A stretch of DNA of 64,000 nt from Smithella sp. (GCA_049517435.1 JBEKRZ010000009.1:29925-93924); one strand, 5' to 3'; numbered from the stretch's first letter, positions 54,443 to 64,000 are shown. Numbers and translations: made by a program. Notes: generated from the letters alone by a model not told the origin.

Positions 54443-57208
54443 ATGGCTAAATATGTTTACTCTTTCTCGGAAGGATATGGAAAAAGCAAGAATCTTTTAG
54501 GAGGCAAGGGCGTTGGACTTGCGGAAATGGCGCATCTTAAAATTCCTATTCCTCCTGGTTTTACTATTACAACGGAAGTTTGCACGGCTTTCTATGAGAA
54601 TAAAGGCCGTTATCTTCAAGGATTAAAAGAACAGGTTTTAAAAGCGCTGCAAAAGATGGAGAAGGATTCGGGGATGAAATTCGGTGATCAGAAAAATCCT
54701 CTGCTTTGTTCAGCCCGTTCCGGAGCTCGCAGCAGTATGCCCGGCATGATGGAAACAGTTCTGAATATCGGTCTTACCTCCAAGACTATTGTTGGAATGA
54801 TTGAAAAAACAAAAAACGCCCGCTTCGTTTGGGATTCTTACCGTCGTTTAATTCAGATGTATTCGGATGTTGTTATGGAAAAGGCCGAAGGCATCGAACC
54901 GGCCGAGGGCATGGGTGTGCGCCAGCAGCTGGAGCGGGAACTGGCGGCTATGAAAGCACGCCGCAATGCGAAAACGGATGTTGATCTTACGGAGCAGGAC
55001 CTTGCCGACCTTGCTGAAATTTACAAAGCCAAAGTCCAAGCTGTTATCGGCAAACCATTCCCCGATGATGCCAATGAGCAGTTATGGGGCGCGATTGGCG
55101 CTGTCTTTAAAAGCTGGAATGGTAAACGTGCTGTTTCTTACCGCAGAATCGAAGGCATTCCCGATGATTGGGGCACTGCGGTCAATGTGCAGGCGATGGT
55201 ATTCGGCAACATGGGCGATAATTCGGCCACTGGTGTAGCCTTCACCCGTAATCCGGCCACTGGCGAAAACAAATTTTACGGCGAGTGGCTGCCCAATGCG
55301 CAGGGCGAAGATGTTGTCGCGGGAATCCGCACGCCCAATCCGATAAATGAAGAAACCCGCCAGGTAGACGATACCGAAGGACATCCCAGCTTGGAAAAAG
55401 CCATGCCTAAAGCCTACGCTCAGATTAAGGGTATTCGCAATAAGCTGGAAGCTCACTTCAAGGATATGCAGGATCTTGAATTTACCATTCAGGACGGCCG
55501 TGTCTGGATGCTTCAGACACGCAACGGCAAACGCAACGGTCCCGCCGCTGTTCGCATGGCCGTAGAAATGTACAAAAAGAAAATGATCAGCGCCGCAGAA
55601 GCGGTCTCTAGAGTAACACCTGCCCAGTTCGATGAAATGCTTCATCCGATGGTTGATCCGAAGGCTGAAGCGTCGGGAGATTTTCTGGTGAAAGGTCTGC
55701 CTGCCGGTCCCGGCGGAGCCGTTGGACAGGTTGTATTCACGGCGGAAGATGCTGTGAATTTGAAGAAAGAAGGCAAGAATGTAATTCTAGTACGTGAGGA
55801 GACTAATCCCGAAGATGTCGAAGGTATGCGCGCGGCTCAGGGTATTCTTACGGCGCGCGGCGGCATGACCTCGCACGCCGCTCTTGTGGCCCGTGGCTGG
55901 GGCAAGTGCTGTATTGTCGGCGCCGGCGCCCTGCACGTTGATATGCAACAAAAGACAATGACAGTTGCCGGAAAAACAGTACGCGAAGGTGAAATTATTA
56001 CACTCAATGGAACCAAGGGACGCGCCTATAGGGGAGCCTTGCCGATGATCAGTGGCGCCGAGGATGATAAAAATTTCGCGACTTTCATGAAACTCTGCGA
56101 TTCTATACGGCGTCTGAAAATCCGCACAAACGCCGAAACACCGAAGGATGCCGCCAAGGCCGTTCAGTTCGGCGCTGAAGGCATAGGCCTGTTCCGCACC
56201 GAGCATATGTTCTACGGCGAGAACAGCGAAAAGCCGTTGTTCTATCTGCGCAAGATGATTCTCTCCGATAATTTGGACCAGCGTCGCGCGGCATTGAATG
56301 ATCTATTCCCGTTTGTTAAAAACGACATTAAAAAGACAATGGAAGTCATGGCCGGAAGACCGGTGACCATTCGCCTTTTGGATCCGCCTCTGCATGAATT
56401 CGTGCCGGAGAATCCAGAAGAACGTCAGCGTCTTGCTGAAAGCTTGGGCATTTCAATAGAAAAACTCAACAGCCGGGCGGAAAATCTGCACGAGACAAAT
56501 CCGATGATGGGACATCGCGGTGTGCGTCTGGGCATTACCTATCCCGAAGTAAGCGAAATGCAGATTCGCGCCATTCTTGAAGGAGCGGCGGAGCTTATAA
56601 AGGAAGGCAAAAAAGCGCTTCCCGAAATCATGATTCCGGTCGTCTGCGATGTGGCCGAATTTAAAAATCAGGCGGATATAGTCAAGAAGGTTTATCCTGA
56701 AATTTGCTCCAAATATGGCCTTAAGAAAATACCGTATATGGTGGGAACAATGATTGAGATTCCCCGTGCAGCTCTGCTTGCTGATAAGATTGCCAAAGAA
56801 GCGGAATTTTTCAGCTACGGAACAAACGACCTCACTCAGATGACCTACGGCTTCAGCCGCGACGATGTCGGTGCGTTTGTGCCCGAATACGTGGAAAAGA
56901 AAATTATTCCGGTTGATCCCTTCCAGATTCTCGATCAGGACGGTGTCGGCCAGTTAATCGAATTTGGCATTGAGCGGGGACGCAAAGCCCGCAAGGATTT
57001 AAAGGTTGGTATCTGCGGTGAACATGGCGGCGAGCCTTCCAGTGTTATGTTCTGTCACCGCGTGGGCATGAATTATGTTAGTTGTTCGCCCTATCGTGTT
57101 CCGATAGCTCGTCTGGCTGCCGCTCAGGCCGTGGTAAACGAGAAGAAGAGTTCGCCAAAGCCAAAGGCAAAAGCAAAGCCGAAGGCAAAGGCGAAGCCAC
57201 GCAAATAA
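54443..57208 (+). CDS. ppdK: pyruvate, phosphate dikinase with a C-terminal Lys/Ala/Pro-rich tail
   Basis: MAKYVYSFSEG, GGKGVGLAEM, ARSGARSSMPGMMETVLNIG, TARGGMTSHAALVARG, GLFRTEHMF, SYGTNDLTQ and SCSPYRVP are present. The tail KKSSPKPKAKAKPKAKAKPRK lies at 57136-57205. I prefer the ATG at 54443 over the track TTG at 54428. Confidence 0.95.
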   Translation: MAKYVYSFSEGYGKSKNLLGGKGVGLAEMAHLKIPIPPGFTITTEVCTAFYENKGRYLQGLKEQVLKALQKMEKDSGMKFGDQKNPLLCSARSGARSSMPGMMETVLNIGLTSKTIVGMIEKTKNARFVWDSYRRLIQMYSDVVMEKAEGIEPAEGMGVRQQLERELAAMKARRNAKTDVDLTEQDLADLAEIYKAKVQAVIGKPFPDDANEQLWGAIGAVFKSWNGKRAVSYRRIEGIPDDWGTAVNVQAMVFGNMGDNSATGVAFTRNPATGENKFYGEWLPNAQGEDVVAGIRTPNPINEETRQVDDTEGHPSLEKAMPKAYAQIKGIRNKLEAHFKDMQDLEFTIQDGRVWMLQTRNGKRNGPAAVRMAVEMYKKKMISAAEAVSRVTPAQFDEMLHPMVDPKAEASGDFLVKGLPAGPGGAVGQVVFTAEDAVNLKKEGKNVILVREETNPEDVEGMRAAQGILTARGGMTSHAALVARGWGKCCIVGAGALHVDMQQKTMTVAGKTVREGEIITLNGTKGRAYRGALPMISGAEDDKNFATFMKLCDSIRRLKIRTNAETPKDAAKAVQFGAEGIGLFRTEHMFYGENSEKPLFYLRKMILSDNLDQRRAALNDLFPFVKNDIKKTMEVMAGRPVTIRLLDPPLHEFVPENPEERQRLAESLGISIEKLNSRAENLHETNPMMGHRGVRLGITYPEVSEMQIRAILEGAAELIKEGKKALPEIMIPVVCDVAEFKNQADIVKKVYPEICSKYGLKKIPYMVGTMIEIPRAALLADKIAKEAEFFSYGTNDLTQMTYGFSRDDVGAFVPEYVEKKIIPVDPFQILDQDGVGQLIEFGIERGRKARKDLKVGICGEHGGEPSSVMFCHRVGMNYVSCSPYRVPIARLAAAQAVVNEKKSSPKPKAKAKPKAKAKPRK

Positions 57209-57237
57209 TTAATCGGAAATAAAGGAAATATTATTTT

Positions 57238-59025
57238 ATGGAAATAGTTGTAAAAAATGAAAAGTTGAAAAATTGGGTTAAAGAAGTTGCTCAGATGTGC
57301 ACGCCCGATACGGTGTATTGGTGTGACGGTTCCAAAAAGGAATATAATCACCTGATGTCGCAGATGGAAAAAAGCGGCATGGCTATAAAACTGAAGAAAA
57401 GAAGAAACAGCTTTTTGTTTCGTTCCGATCCTTCCGATGTCGCGCGAGTGGAGAACAGAACCTATATCAGTACTCCCTCGCAGATTGAAGCGGGTCCTAC
57501 AAATAATTGGGTCGCGCCTGATGAATTGAAAGCGACAATGAAAGACCTTTATAAGGGATGTATGAAGGGACGAACAATGTACGTGATTCCCTTCTCCATG
57601 GGGCCGATTCAATCGCCGATTGCCAAAATCGGTATAGAAATAACCGACAGCCCCTACGTCGTCTGCAATATGCACATCATGACCCGCGTGGGGAAAAAAG
57701 TTCTCCGGAAACTGGGTAAAAAAGGAGAGTTCATTCCCTGTCTGCATTCCATCGGCGCTCCGCTTATGGAAGGCCAGAAGGATGTTTCCTGGCCCTGCGC
57801 GCCTATAGAGAAAAAATATATCAGTCATTTTCCGGATGAAAATCTTATCTGGTCTTACGGTTCCGGTTATGGAGGCAACGCGCTTTTAGGCAAGAAATGT
57901 CTTGCCCTGCGTATTGCCTCGGCTATGGCCAAACGGGAGGGCTGGATGGCGGAGCATATGCTAATCCTGAGACTGACCAATCCGGAAGGCAAACAGTATC
58001 ATCTTGCCGCTGCCTTTCCGTCGGCATGCGGCAAGACCAATCTGGCTATGTTGCAGCCGACAATCGAAGGTTGGAAGTGTGAATGCGTCGGCGACGATAT
58101 CGCGTGGATGAAAATCGGACCAGACGGACGGCTTCATGCGATCAACCCCGAAGCAGGATTTTTCGGTGTGGCGCCGGGTACGTCTTATGATTCCAATCCC
58201 ATGGCGATGGACACCATAAAGAAAAATGTCATTTTTACCAACTGTGCGCTGACCGACAAAGGCGACATCTGGTGGGAAGGAATGGATGGTAAACCGCCCA
58301 AACACTCCATTGACTGGAAAGGACGTGATTGGCCCACTGAGAATAAGGAAGTAGCGGCTCATGCCAATGCGCGCTTTACCGTACCCGCCTCTCAGTGCCC
58401 CGTTATCTGCCCGGACTGGGAAAAACCGGAAGGCGTTCCCATTGATATTTTTGTTTTCGGCGGACGCCGCGCGGGTGTTGTTCCTCTGGTTAATGAGGCC
58501 TATAGTTTTGATCACGGTGTTTTTCTCGGCGCGACCGCTTCATCGGAAACAACTGCCGCAAACATTGGCGCGGTAGGGAATCTGAGGCGCGATCCTTTTG
58601 CGATGCAGCCTTTCTGCGGATATAACATGGGTGATTATTTCCAGCACTGGTTGGATATGGGCGATAAGCTCCAAGATAAAGCCCCTAGAATTTTTTATGT
58701 AAACTGGTTCCGTAAAACACCGGATGGCCGATGGCTCTGGCCCGGTTTCGGAGAAAATAGTCGCGTATTGAAATGGATGTGTGAACGGATAGAAGGAAAG
58801 GCCGATGCGGTCAAAACTCCCATCGGACTGTTGCCTGAGGCTCACGGCCTCAATATGCAGGGGCTCTCCATTGACGAGCAGGATATCAAAGCTCTGTTTC
58901 ACGTTGACGCTGAAGCGTGGAGGGCGGAGATTCCCGATATTGAAAAACACTTTGCTCAGTTCGGGGATCGTCTTCCCGAAAGACTGAAAAAACAATTCGA
59001 AGCGCTTAAAGAAAGACTTAAGTAG
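57238..59025 (+). CDS. pckG: phosphoenolpyruvate carboxykinase (GTP)
   Basis: This 595-aa ORF has [22 protein letters not shown] and NWFRK. Confidence 0.95.
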   Translation: MEIVVKNEKLKNWVKEVAQMCTPDTVYWCDGSKKEYNHLMSQMEKSGMAIKLKKRRNSFLFRSDPSDVARVENRTYISTPSQIEAGPTNNWVAPDELKATMKDLYKGCMKGRTMYVIPFSMGPIQSPIAKIGIEITDSPYVVCNMHIMTRVGKKVLRKLGKKGEFIPCLHSIGAPLMEGQKDVSWPCAPIEKKYISHFPDENLIWSYGSGYGGNALLGKKCLALRIASAMAKREGWMAEHMLILRLTNPEGKQYHLAAAFPSACGKTNLAMLQPTIEGWKCECVGDDIAWMKIGPDGRLHAINPEAGFFGVAPGTSYDSNPMAMDTIKKNVIFTNCALTDKGDIWWEGMDGKPPKHSIDWKGRDWPTENKEVAAHANARFTVPASQCPVICPDWEKPEGVPIDIFVFGGRRAGVVPLVNEAYSFDHGVFLGATASSETTAANIGAVGNLRRDPFAMQPFCGYNMGDYFQHWLDMGDKLQDKAPRIFYVNWFRKTPDGRWLWPGFGENSRVLKWMCERIEGKADAVKTPIGLLPEAHGLNMQGLSIDEQDIKALFHVDAEAWRAEIPDIEKHFAQFGDRLPERLKKQFEALKERLK

Positions 59026-59037
59026 GTCTAACGAGAA

Positions 59038-59070
59038 AGCCGGGGCAATACTGTTGCTCCGGCTTTTTTT
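59038..59070 (+). terminator. rho-independent terminator after pckG
   Basis: AGCCGGGGCAA / TTGCTCCGGCT forms an 11-bp stem with one G-U pair, followed by TTTTTTT. Confidence 0.85.
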
Positions 59071-59107
59071 ATTTATGATAGCAAATTTACGTTAAACATT
59101 GTTTATC

Positions 59108-59211
59108 ATACCAATTTCGATTTCAAAGGATAACGAGGCGTATTTATACATACGTTGAGGAAGACGACGACGCAGCCAACAAAGTTAGCCAAAGAAAGCG
59201 CGAATTGGTAT
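59108..59211. repeat. short MITE-like copy (inverted) of the 7657-7983 element
   Basis: The termini are ATACCAATTTCGA (59108-59120) and CGAATTGGTAT (59201-59211). The reverse complement contains the five blocks shared with 7657-7983 in the same order but lacks the intervening hairpin modules. The right end overlaps the stop codon of the crotonase gene. Confidence 0.7.
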
Positions 59212-59927
59212 CAGAAAAGTCTCGCCTTTCCGACAAAATCCTGAAATCCTTCCCTCTCTAATTTACAAGCCTCATCAAAGGAAACAGCATTCTGTTTTTC
59301 GATCAGGGCTTTCACCTGCAACATGATGCCGTAATTGACCGCGCAAATGTCCTGGGCAATCTGTTTGGCCCGGGGCAGCAGCTCCGCTGGAGGCACCACT
59401 TCGTTGACAAGCCCGCACCGGAGCGCATCCTGAGCGGACAGAGGCTTGCAAGTAAACGACAACTGTTTGGCCATTCGTTGGCCGACCGAGTGCTGGAGTA
59501 ACTGGGTCATCCCCCAACCCGGGTGGATGCCGACCTTCGCGTGTGAATCGGTGAATCGTGCGTTATCCGAGGCGATGAGAAAATCGCATTGCATGGCCAG
59601 CTCGAATCCACCGGTGATGGTATTGCCGTTGATAGCCCCGATGATGGGTTTATTGCAGGAATCGAAGACATCCGGCATGTCTTTTCCGTCGCCCCGCGGA
59701 TCAAGAAGATTATCCTTGCCGATGACACCAAGATCGATGCCGGAACAAAACGACTTGCCGTTGCCGGTAAGGATCGCCACTTTTATATCGCTGTTGCGCG
59801 CCACTTCATCGATTGCGTTGTAAAGATTTATGAGCAGGTCCTGACAAATGGAATTGTGCCTTTCCGGCCTGTTCAGGGTAATCAGAGCAATCGGGCCTTC
59901 TACTTCCAACAATACGGTTTTTTCCAT
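59211..59927 (-). CDS. enoyl-CoA hydratase/isomerase family protein
   Basis: MEKTVLLEVEGPIALITLNRPERHN, GNGKSFCSGIDL and ITGGFELAMQCDFLIAS are present. I prefer the ATG at 59927, with AAGGAG upstream. The track start at 60059 adds 44 atypical residues. Confidence 0.85.
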   Translation of the reverse strand: MEKTVLLEVEGPIALITLNRPERHNSICQDLLINLYNAIDEVARNSDIKVAILTGNGKSFCSGIDLGVIGKDNLLDPRGDGKDMPDVFDSCNKPIIGAINGNTITGGFELAMQCDFLIASDNARFTDSHAKVGIHPGWGMTQLLQHSVGQRMAKQLSFTCKPLSAQDALRCGLVNEVVPPAELLPRAKQIAQDICAVNYGIMLQVKALIEKQNAVSFDEACKLEREGFQDFVGKARLF

Positions 59928-60119
59928 GATATGACTCCTTTTGCAGGGAATAAAAACTTTCTTTTTCGTGAAAGGAGTATAGGTAAATTGCAATTGTCTG
60001 TCAATCATGGATATGATACCCAAAATCAATCTATGGGGTATAATATCCATGATTGACATAAAAAACAGTTCTTCATATACTTTTTTTCATTAGAGGCAAT
60101 ATCTTATCAAACCGAAATA

Positions 60120-61091
60120 ATGGCCGGAGAATATCCTATGAGTATAAAGCGGTCTTATTCAGGCATACTCAAACGAATCATGTCCAGGCGTTGTACTTCG
60201 CTGAGGCTCTATCGTTCGCGGCTAATACAAAGCGGGGTGCAAGAAGATAACGCCATGAGTCTCACTTGGCTTGGCGCTGCCGGGGTGTTGGTATCGGACG
60301 GTTTGACCGGCATCTTAATCGATCCTTATGTCAGCCGCTTCGGATTTATCAAAATAGCCATGGGCTTACCCCTGCAACCGGATAAGACTTTGGTGAAACG
60401 CTGGATGGCGCGTCTTGAGAAAGTCTGCGTTGGGGTTGTGGCCGTCAGCCATTCTCACTTTGATCATTGTCTTGATGCACCTTATTTCGCCGTGGAATCA
60501 GGCGCATTTCTGATAGGTTCCGAGAGCACTCTCAATGCGGGACGGGGTGCCTCTTTAGCAGAGGATCGCCTCAAAGCGGTAAAGACCGATCAGGCCATCA
60601 CCGTGGGGGCATTTAATCTCCAGTTTATTGAAAGCCGTCATGGGCCGGCCTTTTTGGGGAGAGTGCCATATCCCGGGACTATTGATAAACCGCTCGTCCC
60701 GCCGCAGGCGGCCAGAGACTATAAACTGGGGCAGACCTACGCCATTCTGATTTCACACCCGGCCGGTACGATCCTGCACCATGGCAGCGCCGGATTTGTA
60801 TCCGGCATGTATGAAGGGATAACGGCGGATGTTGTTTTGCTGGGTATTGTCGGTCGGGGTGACACTGAGACGTACTTGAAAAATATACCCATTAAGCTTG
60901 AGGCTAAACTTGTTATTCCCATCCATTTCGATAATTTCTTTGTGCCGCTCGAAAAGGGTTTGAGAATCTTGACAACAGCTAATTTCAGGGAATTCTGCGC
61001 CGTGGCAGACAGGCATCGCGACAGTTTTGAACTCAAGACATTATCACTGGGCGAGAAGACGGCGATTTTTCTGACAAAGATAGCGCTTTAA
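60120..61091 (+). CDS. MBL-fold metallo-hydrolase (start uncertain)
   Basis: VAVSHSHFDHCLD is the HxHxDH motif. Alternative starts are at 60138 and 60255 (MSLTWLGAAGVLV...). Confidence 0.7.
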   Translation: MAGEYPMSIKRSYSGILKRIMSRRCTSLRLYRSRLIQSGVQEDNAMSLTWLGAAGVLVSDGLTGILIDPYVSRFGFIKIAMGLPLQPDKTLVKRWMARLEKVCVGVVAVSHSHFDHCLDAPYFAVESGAFLIGSESTLNAGRGASLAEDRLKAVKTDQAITVGAFNLQFIESRHGPAFLGRVPYPGTIDKPLVPPQAARDYKLGQTYAILISHPAGTILHHGSAGFVSGMYEGITADVVLLGIVGRGDTETYLKNIPIKLEAKLVIPIHFDNFFVPLEKGLRILTTANFREFCAVADRHRDSFELKTLSLGEKTAIFLTKIAL

Positions 61092-61110
61092 TTTAGAATT
61101 ATAATTAGAA

Positions 61111-63093
61111 TCAAAGATTCACCCGAACCGGCAGAATAACCGTTGTGATGCCCTCCCACTGCAGGCGTCTCTGGATGGCGTTGGCCGTCTCGTTGTGGAA
61201 AATTCTCTGGAAAGGATGCTCTTGGCGGAAAACAAGTTTCCCCGTAAAAACTGACGATTTAGGAAATTCCTGGACAATAGCCTGACAGAGGTTGGTCGCC
61301 GTCTCGACGACATCTGTTCCTAAATCCATGCGATAATCAGCGGCATATCCATAGGAACGGGCCAGCTTGACGTACTTCGCGAGTTGCTCCGCGATTGACG
61401 ACTTCAGGGCTTCAATCTCCGATGCTCCCTTAAAGGTACCAGAATCAATTTCCGCCACGGATACAAAAATAAAATTGCGATAGAGTTTGGGAAATTCCTT
61501 AAAGACGGAAAGCCAGGAGTGCAGGCCGAAGCCGTTATAACCGCTTACCAGAATAATGGCCGTCCGTTCATTCGGATTAGTTGGCTCCTCATTAGGAACG
61601 TTCCCGGAAGGAAGTGACGAAAGGATTTCCTCAAGCTGACGCACGCCTTGCCGCACTTTCAGGTAATGGCTCCGGATCAGATAGCACAATCCAATCAGAG
61701 CTGACGTGATTGCCAGCGTGACCCATCCTCCTTCACCAAACTTTTCATAAATTGTTACGATCAAGATAGTCAAACAGAGAATTAAGCCAATGAGATGAAT
61801 AATGATGTGCCTTGCCCAAGCATTGTCCTTATGCCGGTTCTGGAAGAAGAACTTTGCCATGCCGAATTGAGACAGAGAGAAAGTAAGAAAAACGTTGATG
61901 GAATACATAACAACGAGGGCCGATACCGAGCCATGAGTATAGAAAAGAACGGCCAGGGAAGCCGCTCCCATAAGGAGAACGCCGTTCTGCATGGTGAGGC
62001 GTTCCGACAATGCTGAAAAACGCCGGGGAAGCCAGGAATCAACGGCCATATTGGCCATAACCCTTGGTCCATCAACGAAGCCGGCCTGAGCAGCAAGGAC
62101 TAAGAGAGCACCTTCCGAAAAAAGAGTGATAAAAGCCAAAGTACCGCCCAATGGCCAGCCGTTGAATGTCCGATCTGCCAGGATGGCATTCATAGTTCTG
62201 CCCTCTATTGGTTTAATGGAAAACAAGGCATAACAAAAAAGAAGGCCGGCAGCGGTGACAGCAAGTGATACAGCCAGATATACCATGGTGCGTTTACCCG
62301 TTTGCACTTTTGGCTCCCGCATGACATTCATGGCGTTGGAAACGGCCTCGATTCCCGTATAAGTCCCACCGCCCATGGAGAAAGCCCGCAAAAAAATCGC
62401 CATGATTCCTATAAAGCCAATTGTCGAGAGATCTTGACTCGCGCTTCCGTGGTATTTTTCCCAAACTGGTCCTATGTCGCCCAGATGTGTTCCCAATCCA
62501 TAGCCGATGAGGAGAATATGGGTAACAATAAAAATGATGAATATGGGCGCGAGAAAAGTGATGGACTCCTTCACCCCGCGAAGATTCATAAAAACGAGTA
62601 GGAAAATCAATCCCACGACGAAGGTCATCTTATAATGCAAAAAGGCGTGGGGAAGGAAACTGAAGATGGCATCCCCGCAGGAGGCAAGAGAAATGGCGAT
62701 AGTCAAAACATAATCCACCAGCAAGGCCGATCCTGAAATAACACCTGCCTGACTGCTGATGGTATGGGTGGCGACTATATACCCGCCGCCGCCGTAGGGA
62801 AAATTTTCAATGATGCGGGAATAGGCGTAGGCAATAATGAACACTGTGAACGCTGTGGCAATAGCAATAAAGATGGCCAGGTAGGTATGGGGTCCCAGAG
62901 CCTTGAAAGCTTCTTCCGGCCCATAGGATGATGATGATAAACCATCAGCGCCCAGACCGATCCACGCCAGAATAGGGATTAAGGAAATTTTGTGAAAAAG
63001 AGACGGCTCATTAATATTGCGCGGCGCACCGATAAAACGATGTTTCATGCGCTCAAAAAAAGATTCTTGCGGCTTGTTATCAGGTATATTCAT
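61111..63093 (-). CDS. APC-superfamily permease with a ~200-aa C-terminal cytoplasmic domain (KimA-like architecture)
   Basis: There are about 12 hydrophobic segments, with GADGLSSSSYGPEE near TM1. The soluble tail starts around ...RSHYLKVRQGVRQLEE. Confidence 0.7.
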   Translation of the reverse strand: MNIPDNKPQESFFERMKHRFIGAPRNINEPSLFHKISLIPILAWIGLGADGLSSSSYGPEEAFKALGPHTYLAIFIAIATAFTVFIIAYAYSRIIENFPYGGGGYIVATHTISSQAGVISGSALLVDYVLTIAISLASCGDAIFSFLPHAFLHYKMTFVVGLIFLLVFMNLRGVKESITFLAPIFIIFIVTHILLIGYGLGTHLGDIGPVWEKYHGSASQDLSTIGFIGIMAIFLRAFSMGGGTYTGIEAVSNAMNVMREPKVQTGKRTMVYLAVSLAVTAAGLLFCYALFSIKPIEGRTMNAILADRTFNGWPLGGTLAFITLFSEGALLVLAAQAGFVDGPRVMANMAVDSWLPRRFSALSERLTMQNGVLLMGAASLAVLFYTHGSVSALVVMYSINVFLTFSLSQFGMAKFFFQNRHKDNAWARHIIIHLIGLILCLTILIVTIYEKFGEGGWVTLAITSALIGLCYLIRSHYLKVRQGVRQLEEILSSLPSGNVPNEEPTNPNERTAIILVSGYNGFGLHSWLSVFKEFPKLYRNFIFVSVAEIDSGTFKGASEIEALKSSIAEQLAKYVKLARSYGYAADYRMDLGTDVVETATNLCQAIVQEFPKSSVFTGKLVFRQEHPFQRIFHNETANAIQRRLQWEGITTVILPVRVNL

Positions 63094-63437
63094 GTGCTAG
63101 AATTATCTTTATGAACGCCATTGGCAGCGTATCCGCAAAGGACACCATTCTTGTTATTCAACTGAGTTCCCTTTTCGTCGTATATGCCGATCGCAAAGTG
63201 CCGAGCGACGATCTGCAAATGGACGGTCTTGCAATCCGCTCTCCTGATCTGAATCGGTTTGCACATACTCGGCAATCCTTCTTCATTGCTGCCTTTGATA
63301 TCAAGCTCGTATTTCCCCTGTTCCACATCGATTGTACTGGTTTTCAGGGGCAGTACGGTACTCCGGTCTTGATCATTGAGTAAAATCGTATAATCGTCGT
63401 TGCGGCTGAGATTCGAAAAAATGATTTTTGATGCCAT
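63090..63437 (-). CDS. hypothetical 115-aa protein, translationally coupled to the permease
   Basis: Its TGA overlaps the permease ATG (ATGA at 63093..63090). I recognise no motif. There is no convincing alternative explanation for the ORF. Confidence 0.5.
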   Translation of the reverse strand: MASKIIFSNLSRNDDYTILLNDQDRSTVLPLKTSTIDVEQGKYELDIKGSNEEGLPSMCKPIQIRRADCKTVHLQIVARHFAIGIYDEKGTQLNNKNGVLCGYAANGVHKDNSST

Positions 63438-63752
63438 AATATTCTGTGAATACGGCTCCTTAACAGTTTTTTTCTAATCGTTAATTGGTGCTTTTACTCT
63501 GCTTCAAGGGTAATTGCAAGGAATTTGATATAGCAAAAGTATATGGCCGGGCACTGCCGCTATTAATATATTCCCAATAGCAAACCATTCTGAAAAATCT
63601 CCATAGACAAACTAAAAATTTGGTTTATAATAAATATTATTTTTTATCTAAGTTAAGCAATCAAGCATGGTGCCCGACAAATTGTTGCATGTTATTGCAA
63701 ATTTTATGGACATAATGACAACAAAAAAATACTAACATTAGGAGAATAATAT

Positions 63753-64000
63753 ATGATGAAGATGACACGAAATATTGCCATATTACTTATTATACTTACG
63801 ACAGTGTTCTTTGTTTTGGCATGTGCAGGAGGGTCAAAAGAATTGCTCAATGAAGATTATAAAAAAATGAGTGACGAAAATATCCTTCGCTATTACTACC
63901 GCCTCAATGATGAAATTGAACGTCAGGAGAAACAGTCCGGTCCGCAATTTGGTATTGGAATTGGCAGTTTTGGCCACGGAGTTGGGGGTGGCGCCAGCGT
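63753..64000 (+). CDS. lipoprotein, N-terminal part (runs off the right edge)
   Basis: The RBS AGGAG is at 63740. MMKMTRNIAILLIILTTVFFVLACAGGSK carries the lipobox VLAC. The ORF is still open at 64000. Confidence 0.6.
   Translation, partial: MMKMTRNIAILLIILTTVFFVLACAGGSKELLNEDYKKMSDENILRYYYRLNDEIERQEKQSGPQFGIGIGSFGHGVGGGAS

Noticed and set aside
57124-57828. 234-aa ORF antisense across the ppdK end and the pckG start
   Set aside because: It spans two well-supported genes on the other strand. Part of it is just the complement of the Lys/Ala repeat, which reads as FAFGFAF.
1-64000. Search for tRNA, rRNA, tmRNA, RNase P, SRP RNA, CRISPR arrays, integrases, reverse transcriptases and toxin-antitoxin or defence-type gene pairs
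   Set aside because: I found none by eye. There are no GGTTCGAATCC-type T-arms in cloverleaf context, no regularly spaced identical repeats, and no ORF with recombinase, RT or nuclease motifs. A covariance-model or HMM scan would be needed to exclude them formally.

Overview
This is a 64-kb chromosomal window with about 50 protein-coding genes. I could not recognise any rRNA, tRNA or CRISPR array by eye. The gene content includes EtfAB next to a membrane HdrD-like Fe-S oxidoreductase, two acyl-CoA ligases, two crotonases, a thiolase, PPDK plus GTP-PEPCK, gap-pgk-tpiA and iPGM. That set suggests an anaerobic fatty-acid or acetate-using deltaproteobacterium-like organism, but this is inference from gene content only.

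Layout:
- 1-27.7 kb: central-carbon and beta-oxidation genes.
- 27.9-30.7 kb: an AT-rich island holding an IS3-type transposase remnant and a four-lipoprotein operon (CsgG-like, PEGA-like, DUF4810-like, DUF799-like).
- 30.7-35 kb: housekeeping genes (thiolase, methyltransferase, YtfJ-like, folD).
- 35.1-54.1 kb: a compositionally mosaic surface-glycan cluster. It holds rfbF, a YerE/acetolactate-synthase-like ThDP enzyme, a B12-radical-SAM enzyme, GT10- and GT11-type fucosyl/colitosyl-transferase-like genes, a ColD/ColC-like pair, GT2/GT4/GT9 genes and several FkbM methyltransferases. One FkbM gene carries two in-frame stops.
- 54.4-64 kb: ppdK, pckG, a crotonase, an MBL hydrolase and an APC permease.

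Items I consider most worth a second look:
1. A 1404-aa protein joins the ATP-grasp and phospho-His swivel modules of PPDK to about 900 aa of unrecognisable N-terminal sequence. It has no PEP/pyruvate barrel.
2. A small protein fuses a desulforedoxin-like Cys4 domain to a histone-H1-like poly-Lys/Ala tail.
3. A family of mosaic intergenic hairpin repeats occupies at least eight intergenic regions, including the pgk-tpiA spacer. It shows conserved loops on co-varying stems, and some copies are MITE-like with terminal inverted repeats.
4. The four-lipoprotein operon sits in an acquired-looking island.
5. A colitose/fucose-type island lies inside the glycan cluster.
6. The ThDP enzyme gene lacks any canonical start codon and lies in frame with the rfbF stop.

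All functional calls rest on motifs I recognised by eye. No database search or numerical computation was run.
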